Origin: a virus
Lineage: Duplodnaviria > Caudoviricetes
Reading direction: 5' to 3' (one strand)
DNA length: 64,000 nt
IMG/VR virus record: IMGVR_UViG_3300046615_000208
Location: 32,001 to 96,000 of that record
Position numbers and translations under genes: made by a program
Notes under the pieces: model-generated
The model's input: the letters and a program-made list of their open reading frames with translations, nothing else
What the model was told of the DNA's origin: nothing
Databases searched by the model: none
Part shown: positions 1-9,890 of the stretch, piece after piece
How the letters are laid out: every line of letters starts with the position of its first letter
Numbering within the stretch: position 1 is the first letter of the stretch

Positions 1-144
1 CTGAAGAATGGCGGTTCGCTTCTGTTCTGCGGGCACCACTTCAACAAGTTCGAAGCCAGTCTGCTCCCGTTCTATGATGGCGATCCGATTGACGAACGCC
101 ACAAGCTTGTGTATGATCGACACACAGGCACGGAAAATTCGTAA
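1..144 (+). CDS. 3' end of small Cys/His Zn-binding actinobacterial-type protein (partial)
   Basis: Frame 1 reads LKNGGSLLFCGHHFNKFEASL...TENS*, stop TAA 142-144; LLFCxHH motif. Confidence 0.55.
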   Translation: MKNGGSLLFCGHHFNKFEASLLPFYDGDPIDERHKLVYDRHTGTENS

Positions 145-164
145 GTAACCAAGAAAGAGACGAA

Positions 165-887
165 ATGACTGACGCAAAACTATATCTAGTAGGAGGTGCA
201 GTACGAGACCACTACCGGGATGCTAAATCCAAAGACATCGATTTCGCCGTAGAGGCGGATTCCTTTGATGCCATGCGTGATTTCCTCAACGAACGAGACT
301 TTGAAATCTTCACCGAGGCCGAGCGCTACTTCACCATCCGGGCACGTGCCCCAAAGGGTAAGTTCCAGTTCGGGAATTTCGATATGTCCAACACCACGTT
401 CGACTTCACCCTGACCCGTAAGGAACGCGACTACACCGATGGTCGGCACCCTGACGTTGTGGAGATGGGAGACATCTACGATGACCTTTCCCGCCGTGAC
501 TTCACCATGAACGCCATAGCCATCAACTCCAAGGGTAAGACACTCGATCCCTTCAATGGTGTGGACGACATCTATTACTCGACCATCAAATGTGTTGGTG
601 GAACCGAACGCCTCATCGAGGATGGACTGCGGATTATCCGTGCACTTCGGTTCCGTGTCCAGCTAGGGTTTAGCTTCGATTCGGAGGTACATGATTTCAT
701 GCTTACCCCGGAAGCCGTAGATGCCCTCAGGAAGGTCTCGCAGGACCGAGTGAGGCAGGAGTTGGCAAAAGCTCTGAAGATCGATCCTATGGCCACTCTA
801 AGGCTTCTGACGACCTATAGCGAGATTGGTGAGCTTATCTTTGACGAGATGGGAATCTGGTTGGAGCCTACAAGTAAAAACAAGTGA
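165..887 (+). CDS. tRNA nucleotidyltransferase (CCA-adding)/poly(A) polymerase family, class II
   Basis: Motifs LVGGAVRD, DIDF, DDLSRRDFTMNAIA, EDGLRIIRALRF. Confidence 0.92.
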   Translation: MTDAKLYLVGGAVRDHYRDAKSKDIDFAVEADSFDAMRDFLNERDFEIFTEAERYFTIRARAPKGKFQFGNFDMSNTTFDFTLTRKERDYTDGRHPDVVEMGDIYDDLSRRDFTMNAIAINSKGKTLDPFNGVDDIYYSTIKCVGGTERLIEDGLRIIRALRFRVQLGFSFDSEVHDFMLTPEAVDALRKVSQDRVRQELAKALKIDPMATLRLLTTYSEIGELIFDEMGIWLEPTSKNK

Positions 888-916
888 AGAGGGGCCTAGG
901 AAACTAGGCCCTCTTT
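888..916 (+). terminator. Intrinsic terminator
   Basis: AGAGGGGCCTAG-GAAA-CTAGGCCCTCT then TT, directly after the stop codon. Confidence 0.8.
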
Positions 917-989
917 GCGTTTGGGTGCTTCTGTGGTAGAATAGAGTGGTAAGGCCTTCACGGTCCCTTCTAGTTTAAGTGAATAACAC

Positions 990-2279
990 ATGAACTTTAC
1001 CACTTACGTACTCGATACAAGCGTTCTTCTATCCGCTGGGAAAAAGGCCCTGTATTCCTTTCCGGAAAATAGGATTGTTATCCCCCTTACGGTGGTCAAG
1101 GAGCTTGAGTCCAAGCGAAATGATCCAGAACTCGGACTAGCCGCAAGGTCTGTCCTCAGGGAACTGGATGATCTCAGGAACAAGGGAGACATTAAAAAGG
1201 GAGTCCGTCTCGGAGATAACTCCGAGGTCCGAATTGAAGTCAATCACATTGACAATATCCCGGACATTCTCCGTGCGTACGCAAGTAATGATGTAAAGAT
1301 CATCACTGTTGCCAAGTATCTATCGGATCAGCCCGAAAACAGGAATGTTGTTCTGGTCTCGAAGGACCTTACTCTAAAGATAACAGCTTCCCTTGTTGAT
1401 GTCAAGACTCAGGACTTTGTCCCAATGGACCTTGAATCTGACCACATCGACAGCATCGGTACAGTTTATGTCGCAGATGACGTAATCAACGAAATCCACG
1501 CTGCGGGCACCACCCGTCTGGACCTCGACGTTCCGATCAATGCCTCGGTAATCCTGCGTTCTATGTCTGATGACAGTAAGACCGCTCTGGCTATCGCCAA
1601 GGCTAACTACGAATTCGTCAAGGTGAACTCCCAGAAGATTTTCAAGCTCGACCCTAAGGGTGCAGAGCAGGGAGTGGCAACCCACTACCTCATGGACCCT
1701 AAGATCAAGATTGTTTCTCTTGGTGGCCGTGCTGGTACCGGTAAGACCTCTCTGGCCCTTGCTGCCGGTCTTGCACAGGTGGACGCAGGCCTTTACAAGA
1801 AGGTGACCGTCTTCCGGTCCATGCACGCCGTTGGCGGCGAAGAGCTTGGCTTCCTGCCGGGAACTGCGGAAGAGAAGCTTTCTCCATGGGAAGCAGCTAT
1901 CTGGGATTCCCTAGGGTCCTTCCTAGACTCCCCTGCCCTCGAACACCACAAGCGTCAGGGTCACATCGAAGTCCTCCCGTTGACCCACATTCGCGGTCGT
2001 AACCTGAATGGCAGGTTTATGCTTCTGGATGAGGCACAGAACCTAGAGCGCTCCACCATCATGACCGCTCTAAGCCGTGCAGGAGCCGGTACCAAGGCCG
2101 TCATGTCGTGGGATGTCTCCCAGCGCGACAACTTCAGGGTTGGCCGTCACGATGGCGTTTACGAGGTCGCCAGCCGTCTCCTAGGTGAGAAGCTGTTCGC
2201 CCACGTTTCCCTCCAGAAGTCCCAGCGCTCCGACGTTGCAGAGCTTGTATCCCGCAAGCTGGACGACTACGGGGTTTAA
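990..2279 (+). CDS. phoH: PIN-PhoH (PhoH2-like) RNase/ATPase
   Basis: N-terminal PIN (YVLDTSVLL, VVKELE, NDVKI, LVSKD); PhoH Walker A GRAGTGKT, LGFLPG, RGRNL, LDEAQN. Confidence 0.92.
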   Translation: MNFTTYVLDTSVLLSAGKKALYSFPENRIVIPLTVVKELESKRNDPELGLAARSVLRELDDLRNKGDIKKGVRLGDNSEVRIEVNHIDNIPDILRAYASNDVKIITVAKYLSDQPENRNVVLVSKDLTLKITASLVDVKTQDFVPMDLESDHIDSIGTVYVADDVINEIHAAGTTRLDLDVPINASVILRSMSDDSKTALAIAKANYEFVKVNSQKIFKLDPKGAEQGVATHYLMDPKIKIVSLGGRAGTGKTSLALAAGLAQVDAGLYKKVTVFRSMHAVGGEELGFLPGTAEEKLSPWEAAIWDSLGSFLDSPALEHHKRQGHIEVLPLTHIRGRNLNGRFMLLDEAQNLERSTIMTALSRAGAGTKAVMSWDVSQRDNFRVGRHDGVYEVASRLLGEKLFAHVSLQKSQRSDVAELVSRKLDDYGV

Positions 2280-2289
2280 TCCTATAGCC

Positions 2290-2349
2290 AAGGCCCCCTC
2301 TTCGGAGGGGGTTCTTGCGTTTTATGGCCGTAAGTGGTAAGCTGTAGGG
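2290..2349 (+). promoter_or_regulatory. Terminator hairpin overlapping a SigA-type leaderless promoter
   Basis: CCCCCTC-TTCG-GAGGGGG hairpin; TTGCGT 2315-2320, 17 bp, TAAGCT 2338-2343, ATG 2350. Confidence 0.7.
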
Positions 2350-3024
2350 ATGACGACTAAAGAGAAAGCACTAGAAAGGGCAGCGCTGATTGCTACCACT
2401 GGCAGTATGGCCTACGGGCTGAACCATGCCAACTCCGATCTGGACCAGATGGGAGTCTTCATTGCGCCCACCGTGGAGGTTGCTGGCCTGAACTGGAACA
2501 CACATTCCGAGTCATGGACAAACACATCCCCGGATGGAGACGACCTGACCATGCACGAGGTTGGTAAGTTCCTGCGTCTGTGCCTCGGTGGTAACCCGAC
2601 ACTGATCGAGTTGCTTTTTATGAACGAGTATAGTATACTTACAGATGATGGCAAAGAGATTGTGGCTATTCGGGATTCAATCATCTCCGAGCGAACTCTT
2701 CGTAAGTCCTACTACGGTTATGCTAAATCCCAGTTTGAGCGAATCAGACAAGACGAGGATAACTTCAAGCACAAGATGGCGCGACACACATTGCGCATCG
2801 CCAGACAGGGTACATCTCTCATTTCAACCGGTGGTTTCGATGTGAAGGTGGACAACCCCCAAGAGTACTTCGATTTGACTACGCTACCTTTTAACGAGAT
2901 GCTGGATGTCATCAGAGATGAACTAAACATTCTGGATACGTGCAAGTCGGTTATCCCTGACGAGCCAGACCGAGAAGCTGTTGCGGAAGTTCTACGAGCT
3001 ATCCGCTTCGAAAACCTCCTGTAG
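2350..3024 (+). CDS. DNA polymerase beta-superfamily nucleotidyltransferase (RlaP/YcgL-like)
   Basis: GSMAYGLNHANSDLDQMGVF (GS...SDxD), GNPTLIELLF, KSYYGYAKSQ, KMARHTLR. Confidence 0.82.
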   Translation: MTTKEKALERAALIATTGSMAYGLNHANSDLDQMGVFIAPTVEVAGLNWNTHSESWTNTSPDGDDLTMHEVGKFLRLCLGGNPTLIELLFMNEYSILTDDGKEIVAIRDSIISERTLRKSYYGYAKSQFERIRQDEDNFKHKMARHTLRIARQGTSLISTGGFDVKVDNPQEYFDLTTLPFNEMLDVIRDELNILDTCKSVIPDEPDREAVAEVLRAIRFENLL

Positions 3025-3031
3025 TAACTTA

Positions 3032-3062
3032 AGATAGGCCCTCACTTTGTGGGGGCCTATCT
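3032..3062 (+). terminator. Hairpin/terminator
   Basis: AGATAGGCCCTCAC-TTT-GTGGGGGCCTATCT. Confidence 0.65.
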
Positions 3063-3086
3063 GCTCCAACGAAAAAGAAAGAGACA

Positions 3087-4469
3087 ATGAACAAATTCCT
3101 AAAGCAGATTCCACGCCCGGTCAAGTCAGACGAAGAAAAGTCGTTTGATTTCGAGCAGGCAGTAAAAGATGTCACCGCACTTATTTCCCTTGTCTCAATT
3201 CCTACTGGCGGTAACCGGCTGGCACGCTCTGTGACTATGGTCTCTGCCGGTCTCACCATTGCCTCACTTGGCAGGAATGTGTACCGCTACGCCCAGAACG
3301 TAGTCCACGGTCGGGACTTCACCTTGAAGATCGAAGAGGATGATTACCTCTACGATGTGGCAGAAAAGTGGCTTATGTCATCCCTCCCGGAGGACAAGAA
3401 ACGTGCTGTATTTGTCCGCACCGTCTGGACCTCGGCCAACGACTACAGCCCCTCCAAGTTCAATTGGAAGATGACTTACGACGGTTCCATCGAACAGGAC
3501 ATCACCATCAACGGCCACACTGTCACGGTCGGTACAGAGAAGGGGGATGGCCCGGAAAAGAAGAAAGATGAGCCTTCCAAGTTCGACAAGTTCGCTACAG
3601 GTCGGACAATCATCTTCAGGTGCCCCTCAGCAGCCGCACGTGACGATGTGAGGGCCGAACTGGTGAAGGAGGGCCAACTACGCACACGCCGCTCTCCGGG
3701 CTTCTACACGAGCCGCTGGGGGTCTTTCCACCGCACCTCTTCAATCGCTCGCCGCGAGAAGGATTCTGTCATTCTCAAGGAAGGTCAGATGGACCGCGTC
3801 ATCGACCACATCCGTCAGTTCCGTCAGAACGAGGAAGAATACGACAAGTTCGGTATCCCGTTCCGAACTGGCATTATGCTCTCGGGCACTCCCGGCTCCG
3901 GTAAGACCTCAACGGCGACTGTAGTTGCCAACGAGCTTGACATGGATGTATACTACCTGTCAATCCTTGCGATGGAAGGAGACTCTGATCTGGAGACCAG
4001 CATCGGTCGTGTTCCGCCGAATGTTATGGTGGTACTGGAAGATATCGATGCTGTACGCGCCACCAAGGACCGCAGCGAAGAGCTAACAGCCGCAGACGTT
4101 CCGAATAACAACGATGTGTCTCTGTCGGCACTTCTGAACGTTCTGGATGGTATGCAGTCTCCGCGTGGTGTTGTGTTCGTTATGACCACCAACCACCCTG
4201 AGAAGCTTGACCCGGCCCTGAAGCGTCCGGGACGCGTGGACCTGCACGAACATCTGACCCATCTGGATCACCACCAGCTTACCCAGATGATCAACTACTA
4301 CTCCGGTGGCACCTATGACGGATTTATCCCGTATGTTGATCCAGAGGATGAGATCACGTCTGCCGAAGTGATGCAGGTCATTCGCAAGAACCTTCCGAAG
4401 CAGGAAGTCTACGGCTCTGAAGTTTCAAGGTACGTCTCAGACAAGCTCTTGACAAAGCTCGAATCCTAG
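3087..4469 (+). CDS. BCS1-like AAA+ ATPase
   Basis: Walker A GTPGSGKT, Walker B VVLEDID, SLSALLNVLDG, MTTNHPEKLDPALKRPGRVD. Confidence 0.88.
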   Translation: MNKFLKQIPRPVKSDEEKSFDFEQAVKDVTALISLVSIPTGGNRLARSVTMVSAGLTIASLGRNVYRYAQNVVHGRDFTLKIEEDDYLYDVAEKWLMSSLPEDKKRAVFVRTVWTSANDYSPSKFNWKMTYDGSIEQDITINGHTVTVGTEKGDGPEKKKDEPSKFDKFATGRTIIFRCPSAAARDDVRAELVKEGQLRTRRSPGFYTSRWGSFHRTSSIARREKDSVILKEGQMDRVIDHIRQFRQNEEEYDKFGIPFRTGIMLSGTPGSGKTSTATVVANELDMDVYYLSILAMEGDSDLETSIGRVPPNVMVVLEDIDAVRATKDRSEELTAADVPNNNDVSLSALLNVLDGMQSPRGVVFVMTTNHPEKLDPALKRPGRVDLHEHLTHLDHHQLTQMINYYSGGTYDGFIPYVDPEDEITSAEVMQVIRKNLPKQEVYGSEVSRYVSDKLLTKLES

Positions 4470-4519
4470 GATACAATGCTGCCGCTTTACTTTTTGCTCT
4501 AACTCGTGTAGAATAGAGA

Positions 4520-4816
4520 GTGTACTACCCACTAGACTTAGGAAATACACTCGTGATTAATATTGTAGTAAACTACGCGTATCAGACATTGGGAGCGGCA
4601 GCATTGCCCGAAGACCAGAAATGGGGCTTTGGAAAGATGCACATGGCCGCAGAACGTTGGCCCGAAACCGCCGAAGAGCTAAAGGAAGTCGCTCGTACTA
4701 TCGGCCTAGAAGGCAAATATGAGGCCGTCGCGATCCAGAACATTCGGTCGGTAGACAAGCTGATCGATGATGGTGACATTGTCATCGAGGGGACTATCGT
4801 TGACGATGCAGAGTAA
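4520..4816 (+). CDS. Hypothetical protein
   Basis: 98-aa ORF after TGTAGAAT; overlaps the whiB start. Confidence 0.55.
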   Translation: MYYPLDLGNTLVINIVVNYAYQTLGAAALPEDQKWGFGKMHMAAERWPETAEELKEVARTIGLEGKYEAVAIQNIRSVDKLIDDGDIVIEGTIVDDAE

Positions 4817-5201
4817 TTGGGCGGAGGACGCCTCCTGCCAGAATACCACGGTGGACTTCTACTCACAAGACACAACTGAAAAGAAACTGGCAAAGGCGAT
4901 CTGCGCCGAATGCCCTGTTAGACAAATCTGCCTCCAGACAGCCCTTGACAACAAGGAACGCTTCGGCATCTGGGGAGGGGCAGATGAAATTGAACTCCGC
5001 AAGGACATGGCTATCAACGCCAAAGGTGAGTCCCACGTATCAACACAAGGCAAGATTCGTTGCCCGTATTGTGGGCCGCTCTCGACCAAATACCTGAAAG
5101 TTGTTGCCCGACATCGTACACGTACTGATATCGAGTGCACCAACTGTGGTACCCATTGGACAGCACGAAAGCTGATCAACAAGCGGGGCACCAACTGGTA
5201 A
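4806..5201 (+). CDS. whiB: WhiB-family transcription factor with C-terminal Zn ribbon
   Basis: W...A.C...AKAICAECPVRQIC...FGIWGG; extra CPYC...CTNC; likely start ATG 4806 (ORF track begins 4767). Confidence 0.88.
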   Translation: MQSNWAEDASCQNTTVDFYSQDTTEKKLAKAICAECPVRQICLQTALDNKERFGIWGGADEIELRKDMAINAKGESHVSTQGKIRCPYCGPLSTKYLKVVARHRTRTDIECTNCGTHWTARKLINKRGTNW

Positions 5202-5271
5202 ATGGACTCAGACCTTTCCTTGTGGTAGAATTCTATACACAAAACAATGAAAACGCAAGGGAAGAAGTTAC

Positions 5272-7380
5272 ATGTCCAAATGGGATGAGCAGTTTGCCCC
5301 GGTTCTAGCACAGGGCCGGGAAGTACGAGAGGGGCAGAGAACCCTCGGCAACGCGATCATCGATGTGGTGGAAAAGGGCGGCAACCTAATTGCCGAAGCA
5401 TCAACAGGCACCGGTAAGTCATTCGCGACTCTGGTGCCTGTGATCGTTGCAGTCCAAAAGGCAAAAAAGAAGAAAGAAGACTACCGTGGTGTTGTCTCTA
5501 CGGAGACCCTAACACTTCAGGACCAGATTTTCAAGAAGGACTTGCCGTTCCTCGCAACCTTGTATCCGGACTTCACCTATGGTAAGCTCATGGGTAGAAG
5601 CAATTATCTCTGCTTCGAGGTCGCAAAAGACAACGCAATCGGTGTCAAGGAACTCGATGCACTGGTAACCTTGCTTGAGACCCGTCAAGCCAACCTTGGC
5701 GATGGCGAAAAGTCTGACGTTGAACGTGTCATCGGGCGTAAACTGGAGAAGGAAGAGTGGAGCAAGCTAGCTGGCTCTTCTACTTTCTGTGGCGAGAACA
5801 AGTGCCTCCCTGATGTCTGCTATGGTGCCAAGGCACGTAAGACTGCCAAAGAGGTCGATATCCTCGTAGTCAACCATGCTGTGCTTGCAACGGACCTCGA
5901 AATCCGCTCCAACGCACTCCCGGAGTCCGGGGCGGAAGATGGTCTCGTGGGTACCTTCGAGACTCTGATTGTTGATGAGGCCCACGAGCTTGCCCCTGTC
6001 CTTGTTGAGCAGGGCACTAAGGAAGTCTCCCTATGGGAACTCTCCGCCATGGGCGGGACCATCATTGCCGGTATTGAGCATGCCCAGCTTGTCCTCGCCA
6101 ATGCCTCTATCGGACGCATTGCTTCTGAAGCTGTGGATGATATTGTAGATGCGTTCAACTCCATCCAGAAGTTCTATCAGCTTCTTGCTGAGAAGTCTGG
6201 AGAGCAGTGGACCAACTACAGCACGGCGGTGTGCATCAAGAACCTCATGATGGGCCAGCCAGCGTACATAATCCACGCCATGGATGTCTATGAGCAGCAG
6301 GTCCCGCAACTCCTTCAGAACGCCCTAGAGACGCTGGAGAAGGTGCAGAAGTACCTCACCAAGGGTGTAGCTGTAGCCTTCGAGGAAAAACTCAAGAAGC
6401 GTGTCAAGATTTCCAAAGCGCTCCGCACTGCGGGAGAGCTTGCCGGTAACGTCCGTATCCTCCAGTCTGCCATGCAGACCAAGGACGGGATCATCTCCGA
6501 GTACGGAATCTATGGTGTCACTGTCCGTGGCTGGGAGAAAAAGAAGGACAACTCCAAGGGCATGACCATGAGGATGAAGCCCATGGATGTGTCTGGACGT
6601 GCACAATACCTCTTCCACAACAAGACCAACATCCTTGTCTCGGCAACCCTCACAGACCTTACAGACGGTACATTCAAGTACGTCAAGACCGCCACAGGGT
6701 TCCCATCCGGTGCCAAGGAACTCCGAGTCACAACCCCGTTCGACCTTGCCACCCAGCAGATGTTCTACATGACTCCTGCCACAGGGACAAAGGTCGGGCA
6801 CCTCCGTGGCGCACAGTTTGACTTCGATGAACTCGTTGACCTCATTATGGCTGCACGTGGCCGGTCCCTTGTCCTGTTTACCTCTCGCGAGGAACTGGAT
6901 TGGGCCTCTGAGGCTGTCAAGGTTCTGCATGCTCAGGGTGTGTTCCCATACAACATCCTAGTACAGGAACGTGACGCTGACAAGGCAGAACTGATGGATA
7001 AGTTCAAGTCAGACACGCACTCGGTATTGTTTGCTACCAAGAGTTTCTTTGTGGGCATCGACGTTCCCGGTGAAGCGCTGTCCGCTGTGTGGATTTGCAA
7101 GTGGCCTAACCCACAGTACAATGCCGAATGCAAGCAGCAGGTCATCTACTGGGGCGGTCGGGGGTTCAAGAAATGGTACGAACGTGAGTCTTTGACAACA
7201 TTCCAACAGGGTGCTGGACGATTGATCCGGTCATCTGGTTGCAGAGGCGTCGTAGGTGTGCTAGACTTTAGAGTCTCCGACGCAAAGCAGAGCGTCTACA
7301 AGTCTGCTCTAACTGGCGTACAGGCCATCGGCTCACCAGTGACAATCAAAATTGATGATGTCAAGACCTTCTTGGCATAA
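5272..7380 (+). CDS. dinG: DinG/YoaA-like SF2 helicase
   Basis: EASTGTGKS, GRSNYLC Fe-S cysteines, VVNHA, IVDEAH, SAT, LVLFTS, QQGAGRLIRS. Confidence 0.9.
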   Translation: MSKWDEQFAPVLAQGREVREGQRTLGNAIIDVVEKGGNLIAEASTGTGKSFATLVPVIVAVQKAKKKKEDYRGVVSTETLTLQDQIFKKDLPFLATLYPDFTYGKLMGRSNYLCFEVAKDNAIGVKELDALVTLLETRQANLGDGEKSDVERVIGRKLEKEEWSKLAGSSTFCGENKCLPDVCYGAKARKTAKEVDILVVNHAVLATDLEIRSNALPESGAEDGLVGTFETLIVDEAHELAPVLVEQGTKEVSLWELSAMGGTIIAGIEHAQLVLANASIGRIASEAVDDIVDAFNSIQKFYQLLAEKSGEQWTNYSTAVCIKNLMMGQPAYIIHAMDVYEQQVPQLLQNALETLEKVQKYLTKGVAVAFEEKLKKRVKISKALRTAGELAGNVRILQSAMQTKDGIISEYGIYGVTVRGWEKKKDNSKGMTMRMKPMDVSGRAQYLFHNKTNILVSATLTDLTDGTFKYVKTATGFPSGAKELRVTTPFDLATQQMFYMTPATGTKVGHLRGAQFDFDELVDLIMAARGRSLVLFTSREELDWASEAVKVLHAQGVFPYNILVQERDADKAELMDKFKSDTHSVLFATKSFFVGIDVPGEALSAVWICKWPNPQYNAECKQQVIYWGGRGFKKWYERESLTTFQQGAGRLIRSSGCRGVVGVLDFRVSDAKQSVYKSALTGVQAIGSPVTIKIDDVKTFLA

Positions 7381-7394
7381 GGAAAAGGAAAACA

Positions 7395-8558
7395 ATGAAA
7401 CTATCTGATTACGCTGGGGAGGTAAGAATCTCTTCCAATGATGCAAAAACCTTTGTCCAGTCATGGTTCAAGGCGGACGACAAGATTTGCATCTCGGGTC
7501 TCCGATCCGAACGTAGCGGCTCCATGGATGCAGTGTCCCAGTCTATGACGGCTAGGGAGTTTGTGTCAACGACCGATGACCAGTCCCTAGAGGATACCGT
7601 CTTCGGTGAAGATGGCAGCATGTGGAATATCTACATCTCTGTCTGCCCGATCAAGGAAGACGTGACCCTGAAGCAGCGCGGAACAAAGTCCAATGTGGAC
7701 TACGTTCCCGGTGTGTGGGCTGATCTCGATGTGAAGGAGGGCGGGTTCTCTTCCCAGAAGGAAATCCTCCAGTGGCTCAACGAGCTTGAACTTCTGCCCA
7801 CGGTTATCTGTTCCTCCGGGTCCAGCGGTGTGCACGCCTACTGGAAGCTACGTTGGGACGAAAAGGGTAACGAAGCGCTGGTCGATAGCTGGTGGTCCTA
7901 CCTTGACGAAATGGCTGGCGAGCGTAAGATTGACAAGCTCATTGACATTACCCGTATCCTCCGACTTCCCGGAACCATCCGGTTCCCTAAGAAGGAAGAG
8001 ACTTCCGGTAAACTGGGTTCTGTCTCCATCATCTCGATCTACCCTGACCGCCGCTACTCTGTGTCACAGATACAGGAAGTATCCGCCGAAGCTATGGCCC
8101 GTAAGGCAACCGAACGAAAGCGGACAATCCAGAAGATTGCAGAACGCCGTGCACAGGTAGACGAGATGGCACGTGGACTTATCGATGTCAACACCCACTG
8201 GGGATACCTTCAGGCCATTGCACACGTCGAGGACTATGTCAATGAGAACTGGCAGTGGGCGCATATTCTGGAGCCGCACGGATGGAAGTACCGCAGGACA
8301 CTCTCTGACGGGTCCAAGGAATGGGCACGTCCGGGCCAGAGTGACCGCTCTGCCGTCGTAGATTACGAAGGTAGCCCGGTTATGTCACTTCTGTCTATGA
8401 GTGAGTCTACGGGCCTTGCAGACCTCAAGGACGCAGGCGTTCCCCTCACCAAGTACACCGTGGCCCTGCGTCTGATGTTCGCTGATGACGAAGCGGCTAT
8501 GACCCAGTACGTTGTCGAAGAGCAGAAAGCTTTGGCGACCGAAGAAGCCCTGCGTTAA
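7395..8558 (+). CDS. RepB-type (AEP superfamily) DNA primase
   Basis: VWADLD, SSGSSGVHAYW, RILRLPGT; C-terminal ILEPHGW...WARPG. Confidence 0.8.
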   Translation: MKLSDYAGEVRISSNDAKTFVQSWFKADDKICISGLRSERSGSMDAVSQSMTAREFVSTTDDQSLEDTVFGEDGSMWNIYISVCPIKEDVTLKQRGTKSNVDYVPGVWADLDVKEGGFSSQKEILQWLNELELLPTVICSSGSSGVHAYWKLRWDEKGNEALVDSWWSYLDEMAGERKIDKLIDITRILRLPGTIRFPKKEETSGKLGSVSIISIYPDRRYSVSQIQEVSAEAMARKATERKRTIQKIAERRAQVDEMARGLIDVNTHWGYLQAIAHVEDYVNENWQWAHILEPHGWKYRRTLSDGSKEWARPGQSDRSAVVDYEGSPVMSLLSMSESTGLADLKDAGVPLTKYTVALRLMFADDEAAMTQYVVEEQKALATEEALR

Positions 8559-8691
8559 AGTAACCATACACACAACCAAGAAAAGGCAATAATGAAGAAA
8601 ATTTACGACACAATCTTCCTCGCTGGCGTACACATCCACATCCTTCTTGACCGAGTTCTCGTGGCCATCGAACACAGGTTTGGGGGTAAGA

Positions 8692-9087
8692 ATGGCAAGA
8701 GGTAAGATCGATAGCAACTGGATATCCAATAACTACCTGTCTTCAACCAACCCTATTACCAGTTTCAGGGGGAGTCTCTACGACAACACAATATACCCTG
8801 CCGTCGATACGTACGCTGATAATGCCGGAATTGACGACCTCACCGGCAGGGAGATGCTGGAGGTTATCCAGAAGGGTGTCTATAAGACTCTGGTGGTCCG
8901 TAGGGACGACGCTAAGGCTCTCTGGGAGGAAGAGGATGATGACGCTTCCTACGGCGAGTACAAGGCCCTGAAGGACGCTGTAGAGCTTCTGGATGCCTTC
9001 TTGAAGCAAGCACCCAACGCCCGATACTCGGGACTGAAGCGTAGGGATGATTACAACCGATATGACGGCTACGGACGACTGTACTAA
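8692..9087 (+). CDS. Hypothetical protein
   Basis: ORF with probable start ATG 8692. Confidence 0.55.
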   Translation: MARGKIDSNWISNNYLSSTNPITSFRGSLYDNTIYPAVDTYADNAGIDDLTGREMLEVIQKGVYKTLVVRRDDAKALWEEEDDDASYGEYKALKDAVELLDAFLKQAPNARYSGLKRRDDYNRYDGYGRLY

Positions 9088-9090
9088 CCT

Positions 9091-9384
9091 ATGGCGACCA
9101 AAAGAGGGACATCAAACTCCAACAGCAGAGGTAGCTCCTATTCCCGGAGAGTCCGCAAGCAGTGGCTTCTGGACAGCTTCGGAGACGGCGAAATCGCACT
9201 TTGTTCATTCGACTGCGGTACAGAACTCACATTTGACACAATCACAGTAGACCGCTACCCGCTCTCGGGTATTGACGGTGGAACGTACAAGCGTGACAAC
9301 ATCCGTCCTGCCTGCGGACCCTGTAATTCTGCTGACGGAGCCGCCATCGGTACTGCACGCAAGCAGGCTAGATTGGCTTCTTAG
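9091..9384 (+). CDS. Small HNH-like endonuclease
   Basis: CxxxC...TITVDRYP..GG.Y.RDNIRPACGPCN. Confidence 0.75.
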   Translation: MATKRGTSNSNSRGSSYSRRVRKQWLLDSFGDGEIALCSFDCGTELTFDTITVDRYPLSGIDGGTYKRDNIRPACGPCNSADGAAIGTARKQARLAS

Positions 9385-9445
9385 CCCAAGTTGTGATATC
9401 ATTGTTGTAGAAACACCCAACCACTAAAAGAAATACCAAGGTAAT

Positions 9446-9823
9446 ATGGAAAACAAAAAGAGAATTGATCCGGACTACGTACCAGACGAAAAGAAGGTAT
9501 GGAGGCCCGTCTCACTGACCCCTTGCGATGCCCCTCCGGGTAAGCCTGCTGGTCTATACTTCATGGGAATCGAAGAGCTTCAGGGCGCTTGGGTCGGTGA
9601 AGGTGATGATAAGTACTGGGAGGAAGCCGAGTGTGGTACCATCGAGTTCGAGATTCCTACCCCGGATGATCTGAAGCGCGAGTACCCCGGTATCGGTGAT
9701 TTTGTAACAAAGCGTGTCGAAGTTCTTCGTGCACGTCGCTATGTCATCAAGAGATTTGAACCTAACGGCAAGGTAAAGAACGCATTCGACGGTGCCTACA
9801 GTGGCCCTCGTAAGTGGTCCTAA
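9446..9823 (+). CDS. Hypothetical protein
   Basis: 125-aa ORF with AAGG RBS. Confidence 0.65.
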   Translation: MENKKRIDPDYVPDEKKVWRPVSLTPCDAPPGKPAGLYFMGIEELQGAWVGEGDDKYWEEAECGTIEFEIPTPDDLKREYPGIGDFVTKRVEVLRARRYVIKRFEPNGKVKNAFDGAYSGPRKWS

Positions 9824-9890
9824 CCTCTCCCTAAACCCAAATGACGAATGACAAAGAAAAATTACAGATCACTATGATAAAAGGTAAAGA

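Noticed and set aside
8559-9890. Intron/intein with HNH splitting a primase-helicase gene
   Set aside because: Primase and helicase have their own starts and stops; the intervening ORFs look like ordinary genes and no splicing motifs were seen
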